Source: Candidatus Omnitrophota bacterium (lineage in GTDB: Bacteria; Omnitrophota; Gorgyraeia; Zapsychrales; Fredricksoniimonadaceae). From it: a stretch of DNA of 64,000 bases. A model generated the notes under the pieces. That model did no database searches, had not been told where the DNA came from, and saw nothing but the letters and a program-made list of their open reading frames with translations. How positions within the stretch are numbered: the stretch's first letter is position 1; each line of letters opens with the position of its first letter. A program made the position numbers and the translations under genes. Positions 47,701 through 57,913 of this stretch are shown here, piece after piece. The stretch is from NCBI GenBank assembly GCA_903901225.1, contig CAIUQE010000048.1, positions 5,844-69,843 of the forward strand. The letters run 5' to 3'.

Positions 47701-47777
47701 AAGCCCAGCACGAAGATGAACAGGCTGACCACCGTTGCCAGGACCGGGCGTTTGACGAAAATATCGGTAAAATTCAT
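44721..47777 (-). CDS. RND efflux permease (MexI/MexW-like)
   Basis: FVKRPVLA, GLVVDDAIIVVEN, ALTLSPMMC, GLISKHGILIV, RLRPILMTT. Confidence 0.95.
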   Translation of the reverse strand: MNFTDIFVKRPVLATVVSLFIFVLGLRAASLLSVREYPETQNAVVTVTTVYTGADPALVAGFITTPLENSIAQASGIDYLTSSSTSNVSVIKANLRLNYDANKALTEINTKVNAVLNQLPKEAQQPAITVAVGESTDSMYIGFYSKILETNKITDYLIRVVQPKLQTVEGVQTAEILGGRQFALRAWLDPQKMASRGITAVDVSNALAANDFIAAVGRTRGLMVTADLTAGTGLHSVEQFRELIIKSAGGAMVRLGDVANVTLGSEDYDTTVAFDGENAVFIGIKVAPSANLLTVIAGVRKAFPDVEAQLPEGLEGRIIYDATNYINSSIHEVLKTLVESLLIVTLVIFLFLGSIRSVVIPAIAMPLSLIGALFMMLVFGYTINLLTLLALILAIGLVVDDAIIVVENIHRHIEDGIAPLEASLRGARELSGAIIAMTIVLVAVYVPIGFMGGLTGALFTEFAFTLVGAVVVSAAVALTLSPMMCSRMLRHHDHGAKRSFTEVIDQQFERVQGAYRRTLHGTLNYLPVVAVFALIVLTSTCFLYLKSNSELAPQEDQGFIISMYTGAPNASLEQTAIYSKEVYNIIKAYPETEHIFQIDGLGGLNAGLAGIVLKPWEERKRSSVQFQQGLQAKLAGIAGVNGVAFLPPPLPGGGEGLPVQFVIGTTDTSARLNEVSSAFLDKARASGLFMFIDTDLKIDKPQTEIQIDREKAAQIGLSMRDVGGVLGAMLGGGYVNYFSLSGRSYKVIPQVMRRERLNPDQLKDYYITTASGASVPISTIISFKTSVVPQSLNHFQQLNSATISGVQMPGIPLGTALAKLKQIGQEVLPQGYTFDHAGQSRQFVKESSALIITFFFALLIIFLALAAQFESFRDPLIVLVSVPMSICGALIFISLGIGGASLNIFTQVGLVTLIGLISKHGILIVQFANDLRKEGRSKRDAVEMAAAIRLRPILMTTAAMVFGVMPLVLASGAGAAGRFNMGLVISTGIAIGTLFTLFVVPAMYMMLATDHKAGPVTP

Positions 47778-47800
47778 GCGGCCGTTCTCCGTGATAAAAC

Positions 47801-48931
47801 TTATTGGTCGACCGGTTCCGGAGCCGGATCATTCCCCGGCTGGACCTTGTCATTGATGATAACGACACTGCCATTTTTAAGCTTGTGCTGCCCGCTTGAA
47901 ACGACCGTGTCCCCTTCCTTGATGCCCTTGAGGACGCTCAGCTGGTCTCCCCGCGTTTCCCCCACTGTGATAAATGTTTGCCTGGCCTTCAATAGGACGG
48001 CGCCCTTGACGTCTTTCTCTATTGTGTCGACGATATAGACCGTCTCGCCGTAGGGATTGAACGTCACCGCGGTCTGGGGCAATGTCAAATACGGCTTGGC
48101 ATCCCCGGCCTGCACTTCAACGGCGGCGAACATGCCTGGCAGGAGTTCGTGCCCGGAATTAGGGACCGAGGCCTGCACATGGATATTACGCGTGTCCTGT
48201 TCGACTTTGGTATTGATGGCCGTTATCGTTCCGGTAAAAACGCGCCCTGGAAAAGCGTCCGTGGAAACGGTGACTTCCTGACCTATGGCCAGGCGCGAGA
48301 GTTCCTGCTGCGGTAGAAAGAAGTCCGCGTAGATAATATCCAGGGACTGGAGCGACACGATCTTTGTCCCGGCATCCAGATACTGTCCGGGATTGACCGT
48401 GCTTATGCCGAGTTTGCCGCTGAAAGGGGCTTTGATCTTTTTCTTGGCAACGAGCGCGGCCTGCTGGGCCTGCTGGGCCACGCGGCCTTTCAAGTCCGCC
48501 GCATCAGCGTCTACCACCGCCTGGCTCACCGCCTGGATCTCAAATTGTTTCTTGTCGCGTTCATAGACGGACCTGGCGAGTTCCGCCCCGGCTTCAAGGA
48601 CCTGAAGCTGGGCGGTATCCGCTGCCGCGTTCAGGTCAAGCAAAGCATCGCCCGCCGCGACATCCTCGCCGGACCTGAAATGAACCGCCTCCACGACACC
48701 CGCGATCTCATTGGCCACGTCAACGCCCTGCGCGGCGCGCAGGTTACCCACGGCCTTGATGCGCGGTTGCCAGAGCTGCGTCGCGGCCTTGACCGTCGAT
48801 ACGACAACACCCGGAGCCTGCATTGTGGCAAAATGCTGGTTCATCATGTAATTACCGAAAGCAAGGTAGCCAAAAATGCCGCCGAAGATGACACCGGCGA
48901 TCAAAAGCATAAGGAACATTTTTTTAGCCAT
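47801..48931 (-). CDS. RND periplasmic adaptor (membrane fusion protein)
   Basis: N-terminal TM, lipoyl halves, IKAPFSG, LLPGMFA, G.TRG. Confidence 0.93.
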   Translation of the reverse strand: MAKKMFLMLLIAGVIFGGIFGYLAFGNYMMNQHFATMQAPGVVVSTVKAATQLWQPRIKAVGNLRAAQGVDVANEIAGVVEAVHFRSGEDVAAGDALLDLNAAADTAQLQVLEAGAELARSVYERDKKQFEIQAVSQAVVDADAADLKGRVAQQAQQAALVAKKKIKAPFSGKLGISTVNPGQYLDAGTKIVSLQSLDIIYADFFLPQQELSRLAIGQEVTVSTDAFPGRVFTGTITAINTKVEQDTRNIHVQASVPNSGHELLPGMFAAVEVQAGDAKPYLTLPQTAVTFNPYGETVYIVDTIEKDVKGAVLLKARQTFITVGETRGDQLSVLKGIKEGDTVVSSGQHKLKNGSVVIINDKVQPGNDPAPEPVDQ

Positions 48932-48935
48932 AGCA

Positions 48936-50441
48936 CTACTCCTTTAATGTTGCCGCTGAGCCCTGGTCGAACGGGTCCCACCAGCCGCCGCCAAGGGCCT
49001 GAAAAAGTGCGGCTGTGTCGGACAGGCGCGCGGCCCGGGCCTGGATCAAGCTGATGCGGGACTGCTGGTACTGGCGTTGCGCGTTCAATAAAAAGATGTA
49101 ATTAACGGCCCCGGCGACAAGTTGTTGGCGGCTCATTTCCAGGGATGCCGCCGCCGCTGATTGCGCGTCAGCCTGGGCTCTGAGGGTCCGGGCGTCAGTC
49201 TCAAGCGCCCGCAGGACATCAGCCACGTTCGCGTAGGCGGCCAGGACCGTCTGTCTGAATTGAGCGTTGGCCGCCTCGAACGCGGCCACGGAAGCCCGGC
49301 GTTGGGCGCGCAGCCGGCCGCCGTTGAAGAGCGGCTGGATAACACCCCCGGCAATGTTCCATACCGTGCTGTTGGGATCGAATAGGTCCGCCGGCCGGCC
49401 GGATTGAAGGCCGTAACTTCCGCTGAGGGTGATCTGCGGATAAAGGCCCGCGCTTGCCACACCGACCCTGGCACTGGCCGCCCGCACCATCGCTTCCGCG
49501 GCGCGGATATCCGGCCGCTGATGCGCCAGGCTGGAAGGCAATGTGACCGGCAGGTCTTCGGGTAACGTAAGCATGGACAGCGTGAAAATAGGCATAGCGC
49601 TCTCATCAGCGGGAAATTTGCCGGCCAGAAGCATCAACTGATGACGGGCCTGGGAAAGTTCCTTTTCAACGGGAGGCACGGACGCCCTGGTTTGTTCAAG
49701 TTGCGCGCGTTGGGCCAACACTTCCGCGCGCGAGGTGCCACCCAATACAACTTGCCGATCAAGCAGGCTTAACTGTTTTTCCTCTGAAATGACAATATCG
49801 TTCAAAGCGGCCAACTGTTCACGTAATGATGCTTCTTTGACCACGGTGGTGACGATATTGGCCGTGAGCGAAAGATAAGCCGCCTCCAACTGGAAGCGCT
49901 GATGGTCGACCTGGGCTTTGAGCGCGTCAAGTTCCCTTTGCCCCCCTCCGAAAATATCGAACGCGTACGTCACGTCCACCGAAGCGTTATGCAGGTCAAA
50001 GATACTGCTTTTTGTGCCCGACGGCTGTCCCGCCGCGGCCGGAGAACTTTTCATCCTTTTCGATGACAAATTCGCGGCGACATCCGGATAATATTCACTT
50101 CCTGTGCGGGTATTGTAATTCTCTAAAGATTCCCGCAGCGTGGCTTCGGCAGCCGACAATGTAGGGTTGCGGGCCATGGCAGTCCTGATAACGAGGTCAA
50201 GGTCCTTCGATCGGAAGACCTTCCACCATTGTGCCTGGATGTTCCCTCCGGATACGAATTTTTGCGTGCCGCCAGTCAGCGCGTCGGTCGTGCCGGGTAT
50301 CGTTGACAAAGGTGTCGACAAGTACGCCACGGGATATCGCAGGTCAGCCGTCCCCTGCGAGGGGCCCGTGACACACCCGCCCAACGCCAGCATCACCGGC
50401 AGCATCAGGGATAACCCCGCGTGGTTGCTGAAATTCTTCAC
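48936..50441 (-). CDS. Outer-membrane efflux channel (NodT/OprM-like lipoprotein)
   Basis: Lipobox LGGC, WWKVF, RPDIRAAE, LFQALGGGWW. Confidence 0.93.
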   Translation of the reverse strand: MKNFSNHAGLSLMLPVMLALGGCVTGPSQGTADLRYPVAYLSTPLSTIPGTTDALTGGTQKFVSGGNIQAQWWKVFRSKDLDLVIRTAMARNPTLSAAEATLRESLENYNTRTGSEYYPDVAANLSSKRMKSSPAAAGQPSGTKSSIFDLHNASVDVTYAFDIFGGGQRELDALKAQVDHQRFQLEAAYLSLTANIVTTVVKEASLREQLAALNDIVISEEKQLSLLDRQVVLGGTSRAEVLAQRAQLEQTRASVPPVEKELSQARHQLMLLAGKFPADESAMPIFTLSMLTLPEDLPVTLPSSLAHQRPDIRAAEAMVRAASARVGVASAGLYPQITLSGSYGLQSGRPADLFDPNSTVWNIAGGVIQPLFNGGRLRAQRRASVAAFEAANAQFRQTVLAAYANVADVLRALETDARTLRAQADAQSAAAASLEMSRQQLVAGAVNYIFLLNAQRQYQQSRISLIQARAARLSDTAALFQALGGGWWDPFDQGSAATLKE

Positions 50442-50992
50442 GCGGCAGACTCCAGTTCTTCGATCATCCTGATCATCGTGTCCTTGATGTTCTTCTTTTG
50501 CGCCAGGCTGTAAGGCGAAAAACCAAGCATCTCAGAAAGCATTAACCCGTCAGATGCCAATGAAATGACCGCCGCGCGCTCTAACGTGAGGCCCGATCCG
50601 GTCAGCTCATTCAAATGGTCGCGATGGGCGTCCTTGAGGCTCTTGAGCAGTTCGGGGTCGTGCGCCGCGACAACGAGAATGGATAGCCCCATCCGGTCGC
50701 GTTTCTTGTCGGGCGCCAGCGCCGTCAGGATACCGGCTTTAAGCAGGCGGCCCTTCCCTTCCTTGATCTTCTCCAGAACGACGGCACGGTCCTTGTAGTA
50801 CTGTTTGACCAGCCGTTCGATCATGGCCTTCAGGAGGCTTTTTTTGGTGGTGAAATGGTACATCAGCCCGCCTTTGCTGACACGGGCTTTCCTGGCGACA
50901 ACGTCGAGCGACATATGGACGGCGCCCATTTCCATGACCACGGCTTCAGCGGCGTCGAGAATAACTTCCTTGCAATTCGGTTTCCTGACCAT
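50438..50992 (-). CDS. TetR/AcrR family transcriptional regulator
   Basis: ILDAAE...SLDVVARKARVSKGGLMYHFTTK. Start moved to ATG 50992 with SD GGAG. Confidence 0.92.
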   Translation of the reverse strand: MVRKPNCKEVILDAAEAVVMEMGAVHMSLDVVARKARVSKGGLMYHFTTKKSLLKAMIERLVKQYYKDRAVVLEKIKEGKGRLLKAGILTALAPDKKRDRMGLSILVVAAHDPELLKSLKDAHRDHLNELTGSGLTLERAAVISLASDGLMLSEMLGFSPYSLAQKKNIKDTMIRMIEELESAA

Positions 50993-51047
50993 AGTGCCTG
51001 TTCTCCATGCATGTCGTGCCTGTTCACGTTCCCGGCACCCGTCAACA

Positions 51048-51076
51048 AGTATACCGACCGGTCGGTATAGTGTCAA
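51048..51076 (-). promoter_or_regulatory. Sigma70 promoter with overlapping perfect 20-bp palindromic TetR operator
   Basis: On the minus strand TTGACA-17-TATACT. The palindrome TATACCGACCGGTCGGTATA occupies 51050-51069. Confidence 0.85.
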
Positions 51077-51138
51077 GGGCGAAAAAAGATCACAGGCACG
51101 GCTTTTCCGCTGCCGGGACCCTGTGAACATTGGTCCTG

Positions 51139-52980
51139 TTATTTCGTCGCTTCCCCCATGATCTCGATCATTCTTTTCACAAAATCCGCCCGTGATGGCA
51201 ATTCCCCGTCCATCAATTGTGCGCTCTCGTAAAGCTGAAGGGCGCATTTCTTCAGGAGATCATCAGAGGCATTGGCAAGAAAGCGCCGGGAGAGGTTCTG
51301 GATGATCGGATGGTCCACGTTGACCTCCATGATCCGTTTGGATGACCCGACATCCTGCCCCATGAGCTTCATCATGCGCTCCATCTGGCGGTCCATGCCC
51401 TTGTCACTCGAAACCAGTGTCACGGCTGAGTCCACCAAACGCTTTGAAACCCGCACATCCTCGACCTGGTCTTTCAAAGTTTCTTTGAAAAACCCTATCA
51501 GCGATTTGGAAAGGGCATCTTCTTCTTTCTTGTCGGCGCCTTCAAGCTCAATATCGCCCTTGTCGACGGCCTTAAGAGGCTTCTTTTCATACTCGGTGAT
51601 CGAGGGCATGTTGTAGACATCCACGGGTTCAAAGAGGAAAAGCACTTCCATGCTGTGTTTCTTGAAATATTCGAGGTTGGGATTGCCTTCAATTTGAAGC
51701 CGGCTCTCGCCGGTCAGATAATAAATTTCTTTCTGCCCTTCCCGCATCCTTCCAACGTAGCTCTTGAGGGACGTCATCTCCCCGGCCTTATGGAGGGAAC
51801 TTTCGAAGCGCAACAGGTCGATCAGCTTGTCGCGATTGGCAAAATCGGCGTTGATCCCCATTTTGAACAGGGGCCCGAACGCTTTATAGAACGTCAAATA
51901 TTCCTCTTCATTCTTGTTCGCCATCCGCTGGAGCCACTGGATGATCTTTGTCGTCAACGCGGCCCTGATCTTTGTCATCACCGGCGACGCCTGCACCACC
52001 TCGCGGGAAACATTCAACGGCAGGTCCCCGGTATCGATCACGCCCCGGATGAATTGCAGGTGCTCCGGCAGCAGTTCCTTGCAGTCATCCATGATCATGA
52101 TCTTGCGGGCGTATAACTGCACCGTCTTGTGCTGGTGGGTGCGCATCAGCTCAAAGGGAGCTTTTTTGGGAATGAACAACAGGGCCTTGAATTCCGCTCC
52201 CGCGCCTTCAACTGACAAATGCAGGGATGCCAGAGGGTCCTCATAGTCATTGGTAACGAACTTGTAGAACTCGTTACGCTCCTCATCCTTCACATCGGCC
52301 TCGTTCTTGCGCCACAAAGCCTCGACCGTATTGACCTTGTCTTTGCCGACGAATATGGGAAAATCAGCGAAGTTGGAATACTTTTTTATGACCTGTTTGA
52401 TCTTATGTTCTTCAGCGAACTCTTTGGCGTTCTCCTTAAGCTTGAAGGAGATATTGGTCCCGCGTTCTTTTTTATCGATCGCTTCAATCGTGTAGTTGCC
52501 TTCGCCCGTGGATGTCCAGCGATACCCCTGGGATCCGCTGGCGGCATGACGGGTTTCAATGTTCACCTCGTCAGCAACCATGAACACCGAGTAGAAGCCA
52601 ACGCCGAACTGCCCGATAAGGTCACCCGCGTCCTTGCCTTCTTCCTTCATTTTCTTAAAGAAATCCAGGGTTCCTGAGCGGGCAACGGTCCCGATGTTCT
52701 CTGTGAGGTCTTCCCTGGTCATGCCTATGCCATTGTCCTTGATGGAGAAGGTATTCTCCTTGGCGTCGACCAGGATCCTGATCTCCAGCTCCTGTCCCTT
52801 GTCGAGGATGGCCTCATCGGTCAACTGACGGTAGCGCGCCTTGTTCAAGGCATCGGATGCGTTTGAGATCAATTCCCTCAAAAACACTTCGGGATGCGTG
52901 TAAAGGGAATGAATGATCAACTGTAACAATTGTTTCATCTCGGCTTTGTATTCGAATTTTTCCACTGAGCTGCCTTCCAT
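51139..52980 (-). CDS. htpG: Molecular chaperone HtpG (Hsp90)
   Basis: FLRELISNASDA, DNGIGM, IGQFGVGFYS, LPLNVSRE. Confidence 0.97.
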   Translation of the reverse strand: MEGSSVEKFEYKAEMKQLLQLIIHSLYTHPEVFLRELISNASDALNKARYRQLTDEAILDKGQELEIRILVDAKENTFSIKDNGIGMTREDLTENIGTVARSGTLDFFKKMKEEGKDAGDLIGQFGVGFYSVFMVADEVNIETRHAASGSQGYRWTSTGEGNYTIEAIDKKERGTNISFKLKENAKEFAEEHKIKQVIKKYSNFADFPIFVGKDKVNTVEALWRKNEADVKDEERNEFYKFVTNDYEDPLASLHLSVEGAGAEFKALLFIPKKAPFELMRTHQHKTVQLYARKIMIMDDCKELLPEHLQFIRGVIDTGDLPLNVSREVVQASPVMTKIRAALTTKIIQWLQRMANKNEEEYLTFYKAFGPLFKMGINADFANRDKLIDLLRFESSLHKAGEMTSLKSYVGRMREGQKEIYYLTGESRLQIEGNPNLEYFKKHSMEVLFLFEPVDVYNMPSITEYEKKPLKAVDKGDIELEGADKKEEDALSKSLIGFFKETLKDQVEDVRVSKRLVDSAVTLVSSDKGMDRQMERMMKLMGQDVGSSKRIMEVNVDHPIIQNLSRRFLANASDDLLKKCALQLYESAQLMDGELPSRADFVKRMIEIMGEATK

Positions 52981-53057
52981 AGATACTGACTCCCTTTTGT
53001 GTTGAATAATTTTAATCCGTGGTTTCCTGATGAATGACCATCATAAATTACAGGCAG

Positions 53058-53086
53058 AATATATCACCGATGAAATTGAGAGGCAA
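53058..53086 (-). promoter_or_regulatory. Candidate sigma70 promoter of htpG
   Basis: On the minus strand TTGCCT-17-TATATT with an extended -10 TG. Confidence 0.5.
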
Positions 53087-53096
53087 AAGAAAAGAT

Positions 53097-54014
53097 CTAA
53101 AAGCTTTCACCGAATATCCCAAGCAAGGCTTCTTTGACAAGCGGCTGCTGGAACTTAAAACCGGCAGCCAATAATTTTTTCGGGACGACGCGCTGGCTCG
53201 ACAGGACAACACCGGCCATCTCCCCCAATGCCGCGCGCAGGACAAATGAAGGGCAGCGTATCCAGGACGGCCGGCGTAAAGCGGCCCCCAGCGCCACGCA
53301 AAAACCATTCATGGTCAACAGATCAGGCGCAACGCAATTGACCGGGCCTGACATATCGTTATGTGTGATCATGAAAGAACAGGCTGCGGCCAGGTCTTTA
53401 CGTGAGATCCAGGGCATCCATTGACGGCCCGACCCCAGCGGCCCGCCGACGTAGGAACGAAAAGGAATGATGAGTTTGTTCAAAACTCCGCCGCGCCCAA
53501 GGACCACGCCCATCCTGGCCGCAATGACGCGTACGCCATACTCCTTTGCTTCCAAGGCCGCCCGTTCCCATGAGACGCACAGGTCCGCGAGAAAACCTTT
53601 TCCGGGTAACGATGTTTCATCAAGAATAGAGTCGCCCGCATCCCCATAGTAGCCGACCGCGGAAGCGTTGACAAAAACTCGCGGAGGCTTGCGGCACGCG
53701 GCGATCGCGTTAACGATCGCCCGGGTTGGATCCAGGCGGCTGTCACGCAAGATTTGTTTATACGCCGAGGTCCACTCTCGCGCGCTGATATTTTCACCGG
53801 AGAAATTGATCACGGCATCGGCATCTTCAAGGACCGAAACCCACTTGCCCGATGTTTTTCCGTCCCAGGAGACCACGGCCGCTTTGCGGGGCCATGTGGA
53901 CCTGTTTGGCGATGAACTCCGGCTCAACACAAAGATATCATGCTCCTGTGAAAGGAGGAGCTCAACAACAGCTTTCCCGATGAATCCTGTCCCGCCCGCG
54001 ATAACGATCTTCAT
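53097..54014 (-). CDS. TIGR01777 / YfcH family NAD-dependent epimerase-like protein
   Basis: IAGGTGFIG, ASAVGYYG, GFLADLC..WE, GGPLGSGRQWMPWI, GPVN.VAP. Confidence 0.9.
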   Translation of the reverse strand: MKIVIAGGTGFIGKAVVELLLSQEHDIFVLSRSSSPNRSTWPRKAAVVSWDGKTSGKWVSVLEDADAVINFSGENISAREWTSAYKQILRDSRLDPTRAIVNAIAACRKPPRVFVNASAVGYYGDAGDSILDETSLPGKGFLADLCVSWERAALEAKEYGVRVIAARMGVVLGRGGVLNKLIIPFRSYVGGPLGSGRQWMPWISRKDLAAACSFMITHNDMSGPVNCVAPDLLTMNGFCVALGAALRRPSWIRCPSFVLRAALGEMAGVVLSSQRVVPKKLLAAGFKFQQPLVKEALLGIFGESF

Positions 54015-54934
54015 ATTGCCTTATGCCTCCTGAAAGGAGTTACCACAGACAGGTCTTTACGGAGGCGAAGTACGGCCAGCTCTTTCGCCTTGGCCTCAAC
54101 TTCAACTGTAACATCAAGGGAACGCCATTCAACCGGAAAGTCCTTCTTATCAATGTAGTCGTGGTGCCAGCCAGGCTGTTTGGCGCCCCACCCCGACCTG
54201 GGACTGGAGATATGGAACAACGGCTCTCTGTCCCACGTTTGAATGGCCTCAGCCGTTGCCTGCTGGACGCTGAGGCCGTCAGGCAGGCAGCGATGATGAT
54301 GGGCATCATAAACCATGGGGATGCCATTGGCGCGGCAGAAAGGCAATAAGTCCGCCGGTGAATAGGTCCGGTCATCATTCTCAATGGTCAGACGGGAACG
54401 CACGGGTATTTTCAAGCGACGGAGCACCTTTCCCATTCTTTTGAGGGCCGCAGCCTTGTCACCATAGCCGCCGCCCGCGTGGATATTAATCACATCAGCG
54501 CCGATCATCGAGGCAACCTCGGCCTGATAATCAAGCTCCTGGACCGATCCTGCCACAACATCAGCCCTGGGTGAACTTAAAAGGACAAATTGGTCAGGAT
54601 GGAACGTTAAGCGTACATCCAGTTCTGCCGCCTTTTGCCGGCATTGGGAAAGGACCGCTTTAATTTCCTTGACCTCAGGCAGGTCAGCGATCTTATAACC
54701 GGCTTCAGGATGAGTTTTTAACGGCCATAACCGGCTGTTGACGCGAAAACAGCCGATCTTGTTCGCTCCACAAAATATGATCGCCGCGAACAACGCGCGC
54801 GCGTTCGCCAGGCAAAGGGCTGATAATCTGGCAAGCTGTTGCGCTCGCGGCAACTTCCCGATATATGTCGCCGTCGTCGTCCTGAATTTTATGGGTTGGT
54901 CGATAAAGAGACAGCACAGGCCCAGCCTTACCAT
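54011..54934 (-). CDS. uvsE: UV DNA damage endonuclease
   Basis: RLGLCC, RLTFHPDQF, INIH.GG.YG, LTIENDD, YDAHHH, FHISS, VEVEAKAKE. Confidence 0.93.
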   Translation of the reverse strand: MVRLGLCCLFIDQPIKFRTTTATYIGKLPRAQQLARLSALCLANARALFAAIIFCGANKIGCFRVNSRLWPLKTHPEAGYKIADLPEVKEIKAVLSQCRQKAAELDVRLTFHPDQFVLLSSPRADVVAGSVQELDYQAEVASMIGADVINIHAGGGYGDKAAALKRMGKVLRRLKIPVRSRLTIENDDRTYSPADLLPFCRANGIPMVYDAHHHRCLPDGLSVQQATAEAIQTWDREPLFHISSPRSGWGAKQPGWHHDYIDKKDFPVEWRSLDVTVEVEAKAKELAVLRLRKDLSVVTPFRRHKAI

Positions 54935-54937
54935 GGT

Positions 54938-55858
54938 TTACCTTTCCGGTTTATACAATATGGGCCGGTCCGCAAAAAGATACCCCCGTTCGGCAGCTTT
55001 TCGTTCGAGCACGCTCAGCGCGTTGATGTACGCCGCCTTGCCCGTCCTCTCCGACGGCGCCTGGACATCAATGAATTTCAGGCCGAAAACTTTCCTGTAA
55101 TGCGCCACATGCTTGACCATCACCGACTGGATACGTTGTAACGTTGATGGCCGCCGCAGGAGACCCATGACCCGCTCCCGCCAGAGTTCCGTATCCGTCA
55201 CCACAGGCTTCCTTGAAAATGAGGACAATGACCTGCCGATATCATCTGCCGCCGCCCGGTCGACCTCCTGACAGATGAACTTGAGCGCATGCCAGGCTTC
55301 GTAAAGGTCTTTCTTCAGGAATATCTTGAGCCGCTTGGTCCACACGAACGCATGCAAACGACGCCTATGGTCCCACCACTTCCATGGGCTGTCAAGATCA
55401 AGCGCGGAGATAAGGAAAAACTTTTCCTTTAAAAGCAGTGAACCGAATGCGCCGGGAGGTTTTCCTAAATTCTTATTCTTCAAAGTGGTGCGCTGAATGC
55501 CGCACGTGGGGCTGCCTTCCATGTACAGGAAAGCGTCCACTTTCGCCCGGCGCAATGCCTCGAGTGATGCCAAAGAAGCCGCTTTGACGGCCACTGACAC
55601 GTCATGGCCCGATCGATCCTTGACTTTGCCAGTGCCTGCCCACAGATCATCCCCATTGCCACCCGTGAGCCGTATCGTGGCGCGGGGGATACCGAGACCG
55701 GCCAGCACTTCAGGGCAGACCGGGGTCCAGGCGTAATCACTCATTTCGCGCCCAAGGTTTCCGACACGATCCCAGCCCGCGTGATCATACCGGAACCTCG
55801 CGCCGAAGTTACAGGCGCTGATACCAACGTTGATATGTTCCTTAATGATGAAATCCAC
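54938..55858 (-). CDS. DUF523 (2-thiouracil desulfurase-like) / DUF1722 protein
   Basis: GISAC.FG...RYD, PVCPEV.AGLGIPR, GSPTCG. Confidence 0.8.
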   Translation of the reverse strand: MDFIIKEHINVGISACNFGARFRYDHAGWDRVGNLGREMSDYAWTPVCPEVLAGLGIPRATIRLTGGNGDDLWAGTGKVKDRSGHDVSVAVKAASLASLEALRRAKVDAFLYMEGSPTCGIQRTTLKNKNLGKPPGAFGSLLLKEKFFLISALDLDSPWKWWDHRRRLHAFVWTKRLKIFLKKDLYEAWHALKFICQEVDRAAADDIGRSLSSFSRKPVVTDTELWRERVMGLLRRPSTLQRIQSVMVKHVAHYRKVFGLKFIDVQAPSERTGKAAYINALSVLERKAAERGYLFADRPILYKPER

Positions 55859-55879
55859 GGGAACTTCACTCTCTGTGAT

Positions 55880-56620
55880 TTATGCTGCCAGATAATCGTG
55901 AACCACTTCGCCCACGTCAAGTGTCAGATCCGCTATAAAATGGAGGGCAGATTCGACCTTTAACACCGGCAGGTCGGCTACCGGCGCGAGCGCGTGCGGG
56001 TGCAATTCCAGCGATCCAGGCCCGGTCCAGGCGCCCTTGAGCGTTACCTCTGTTGTGAAATAGCGCACCAGCTCGCAGATCCTCGCTGATCCGTCAACAT
56101 GCGGGATGATCTTTAACAAATAATTTGGCGCGGCCAATGCTGCCAGTACCATAGCATGGTCCGCTTCCCTGTGCTTGAATCCCATCGTCGCCTGCGCGAT
56201 GCGGACTTTCCCATAATCCAGCGTGCCCACCAGCGTATCAACCTGGACACCTAACTGAGGAGAGCCGCTCTTTTTCGGGAACCCCCATAGCTCCCTCCCG
56301 CCGGCAATGGCCAGTTGATCATTAAGATACATCCCATGGACATAACTGCCGCGCATGCCATTGAAAATCACCGGAACGCTCTGTCCGGATTCGGTATAAT
56401 CCCCGAACCCGGATGAGTCGGGCATGCGGATAAATTCGAACTTCACGATCGGATCCATTAACTGTAATGGTTCCGGGATAACCGCCCTTAACGCGTCTGG
56501 GTCTGTGCGATACGTAATGATCAGGAATTCACGATTTATAAAATGATATGGCCCGCGCGGGAAAGCCGGGCTGGTGAACGGCATCGTGAAGGCATTGGCC
56601 TTGATATCTGCCATGTTCAT
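55880..56620 (-). CDS. adc: Acetoacetate decarboxylase
   Basis: [34 protein letters not shown], catalytic Lys in [19 protein letters not shown]. Start at ATG 56620 with SD GGAGG. Confidence 0.92.
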   Translation of the reverse strand: MNMADIKANAFTMPFTSPAFPRGPYHFINREFLIITYRTDPDALRAVIPEPLQLMDPIVKFEFIRMPDSSGFGDYTESGQSVPVIFNGMRGSYVHGMYLNDQLAIAGGRELWGFPKKSGSPQLGVQVDTLVGTLDYGKVRIAQATMGFKHREADHAMVLAALAAPNYLLKIIPHVDGSARICELVRYFTTEVTLKGAWTGPGSLELHPHALAPVADLPVLKVESALHFIADLTLDVGEVVHDYLAA

Positions 56621-56649
56621 GATCATCCTCCGGAAAGATATTCCAGGCC

Positions 56650-57909
56650 TTACTTTAAACGACGCAGGACCGAGACACAATTGGTCACGGCGGAACCTCC
56701 CACATTGAAGGTGACACCGATCTCCGGTCGCTTTTGGGAAGGGGTCGCCCCGATGGGCTCACCCGTTAATTGCTTGTAGATCAGCGCGTGCATGGAAACA
56801 CCCGTGGCACCGACAGGATGCCCTTTGGCTTTCAATCCGCCGGACAAATTTACAGGGCAGCGGTCATCGCGCGTGAAACGCCCTTCCATGTAATCAAATC
56901 CCGCCCGTCCGTCAACGGAGAGCCCCAGGGCTTCCGTGCATAGAAGCTGATTGATGGTAAAACAATCGTGAAGCTCAACGATGTCCACATCCGCAATACC
57001 GACCTTCGCCTCGCTGAAGGCCCTGCGCACCGCTTCCTTGCCTGCCATAAGATCGTACATGTTCGGGCGCACGGAAACAGGCAATCGTTCGTTCACGTGG
57101 CCGATGCCGGCGATCTCGACAACTTTCTTTCCGGCTTTCAGCGCGTCATTTGTTTTCATGATAACAACAGCCGCGGCCCCGTCGGTCACTAGCGAACAAT
57201 CGTGAAGTCGCAAAGGGTCCGCGATCACGGGGTTCTTATCCGCGGTCAACTTCAGGATCGCGTCAGCCGTTAAAAGTCCCAGTTTATCCGCATGACCGCC
57301 TTTGCTGAACTGTGCCAGTGGATTGTCAATGCCATTCTTATAGGCCAGGGCCGACACTGTCGCCAGCATGCGCGCAAACTCGGTCGTAGTTAATTTATAA
57401 TGATCCCTGTAACATTTCGCGTACGCGGCAAAAAGAACCGGAAAATTCATCGACCTGGCGCCTTCTCCCGGCCAATAGGAACAAGTAGCGAGCGCATGCG
57501 TCACCCCTTTTGTGTCCAGCAGGTGCATTTTTTCCACACCCACCACCAAAGCAATGTTCATCCGCCCGGATTCAACCGCGTAAAGAGCGTCATAAAGAGC
57601 CACCGAACCGGAGGCGCACGCGGCTTCACACCGGGTCATGGGCTTGAAGCGCAGCCCGACAGGATCGATCTCAACGGCGAAAGACGCCAGGTGTTCCTGG
57701 TTGGCGAACAATCCGGGCGCGAAACTGCCAAGCCATACCCCATCCACATCCTTGCCGCTGATACCCGCGTCTGAAAGAGCTCCCTGTCCCGCCTCGATAA
57801 TAAGTTCATAAATAGATTTGTGATCCGTAAACACGCCCGTCTCATGATTACGCGTCACAAAAGAACCGAATTTCGAATTATAGGCACCGATAATGCTGAT
57901 GGCACTCAT
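56650..57909 (-). CDS. Acetyl-CoA acetyltransferase (SCP2/type II-like thiolase)
   Basis: EAACASG (catalytic Cys), [32 protein letters not shown]. Start at ATG 57909. Confidence 0.9.
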   Translation of the reverse strand: MSAISIIGAYNSKFGSFVTRNHETGVFTDHKSIYELIIEAGQGALSDAGISGKDVDGVWLGSFAPGLFANQEHLASFAVEIDPVGLRFKPMTRCEAACASGSVALYDALYAVESGRMNIALVVGVEKMHLLDTKGVTHALATCSYWPGEGARSMNFPVLFAAYAKCYRDHYKLTTTEFARMLATVSALAYKNGIDNPLAQFSKGGHADKLGLLTADAILKLTADKNPVIADPLRLHDCSLVTDGAAAVVIMKTNDALKAGKKVVEIAGIGHVNERLPVSVRPNMYDLMAGKEAVRRAFSEAKVGIADVDIVELHDCFTINQLLCTEALGLSVDGRAGFDYMEGRFTRDDRCPVNLSGGLKAKGHPVGATGVSMHALIYKQLTGEPIGATPSQKRPEIGVTFNVGGSAVTNCVSVLRRLK

Positions 57910-57913
57910 GGCG

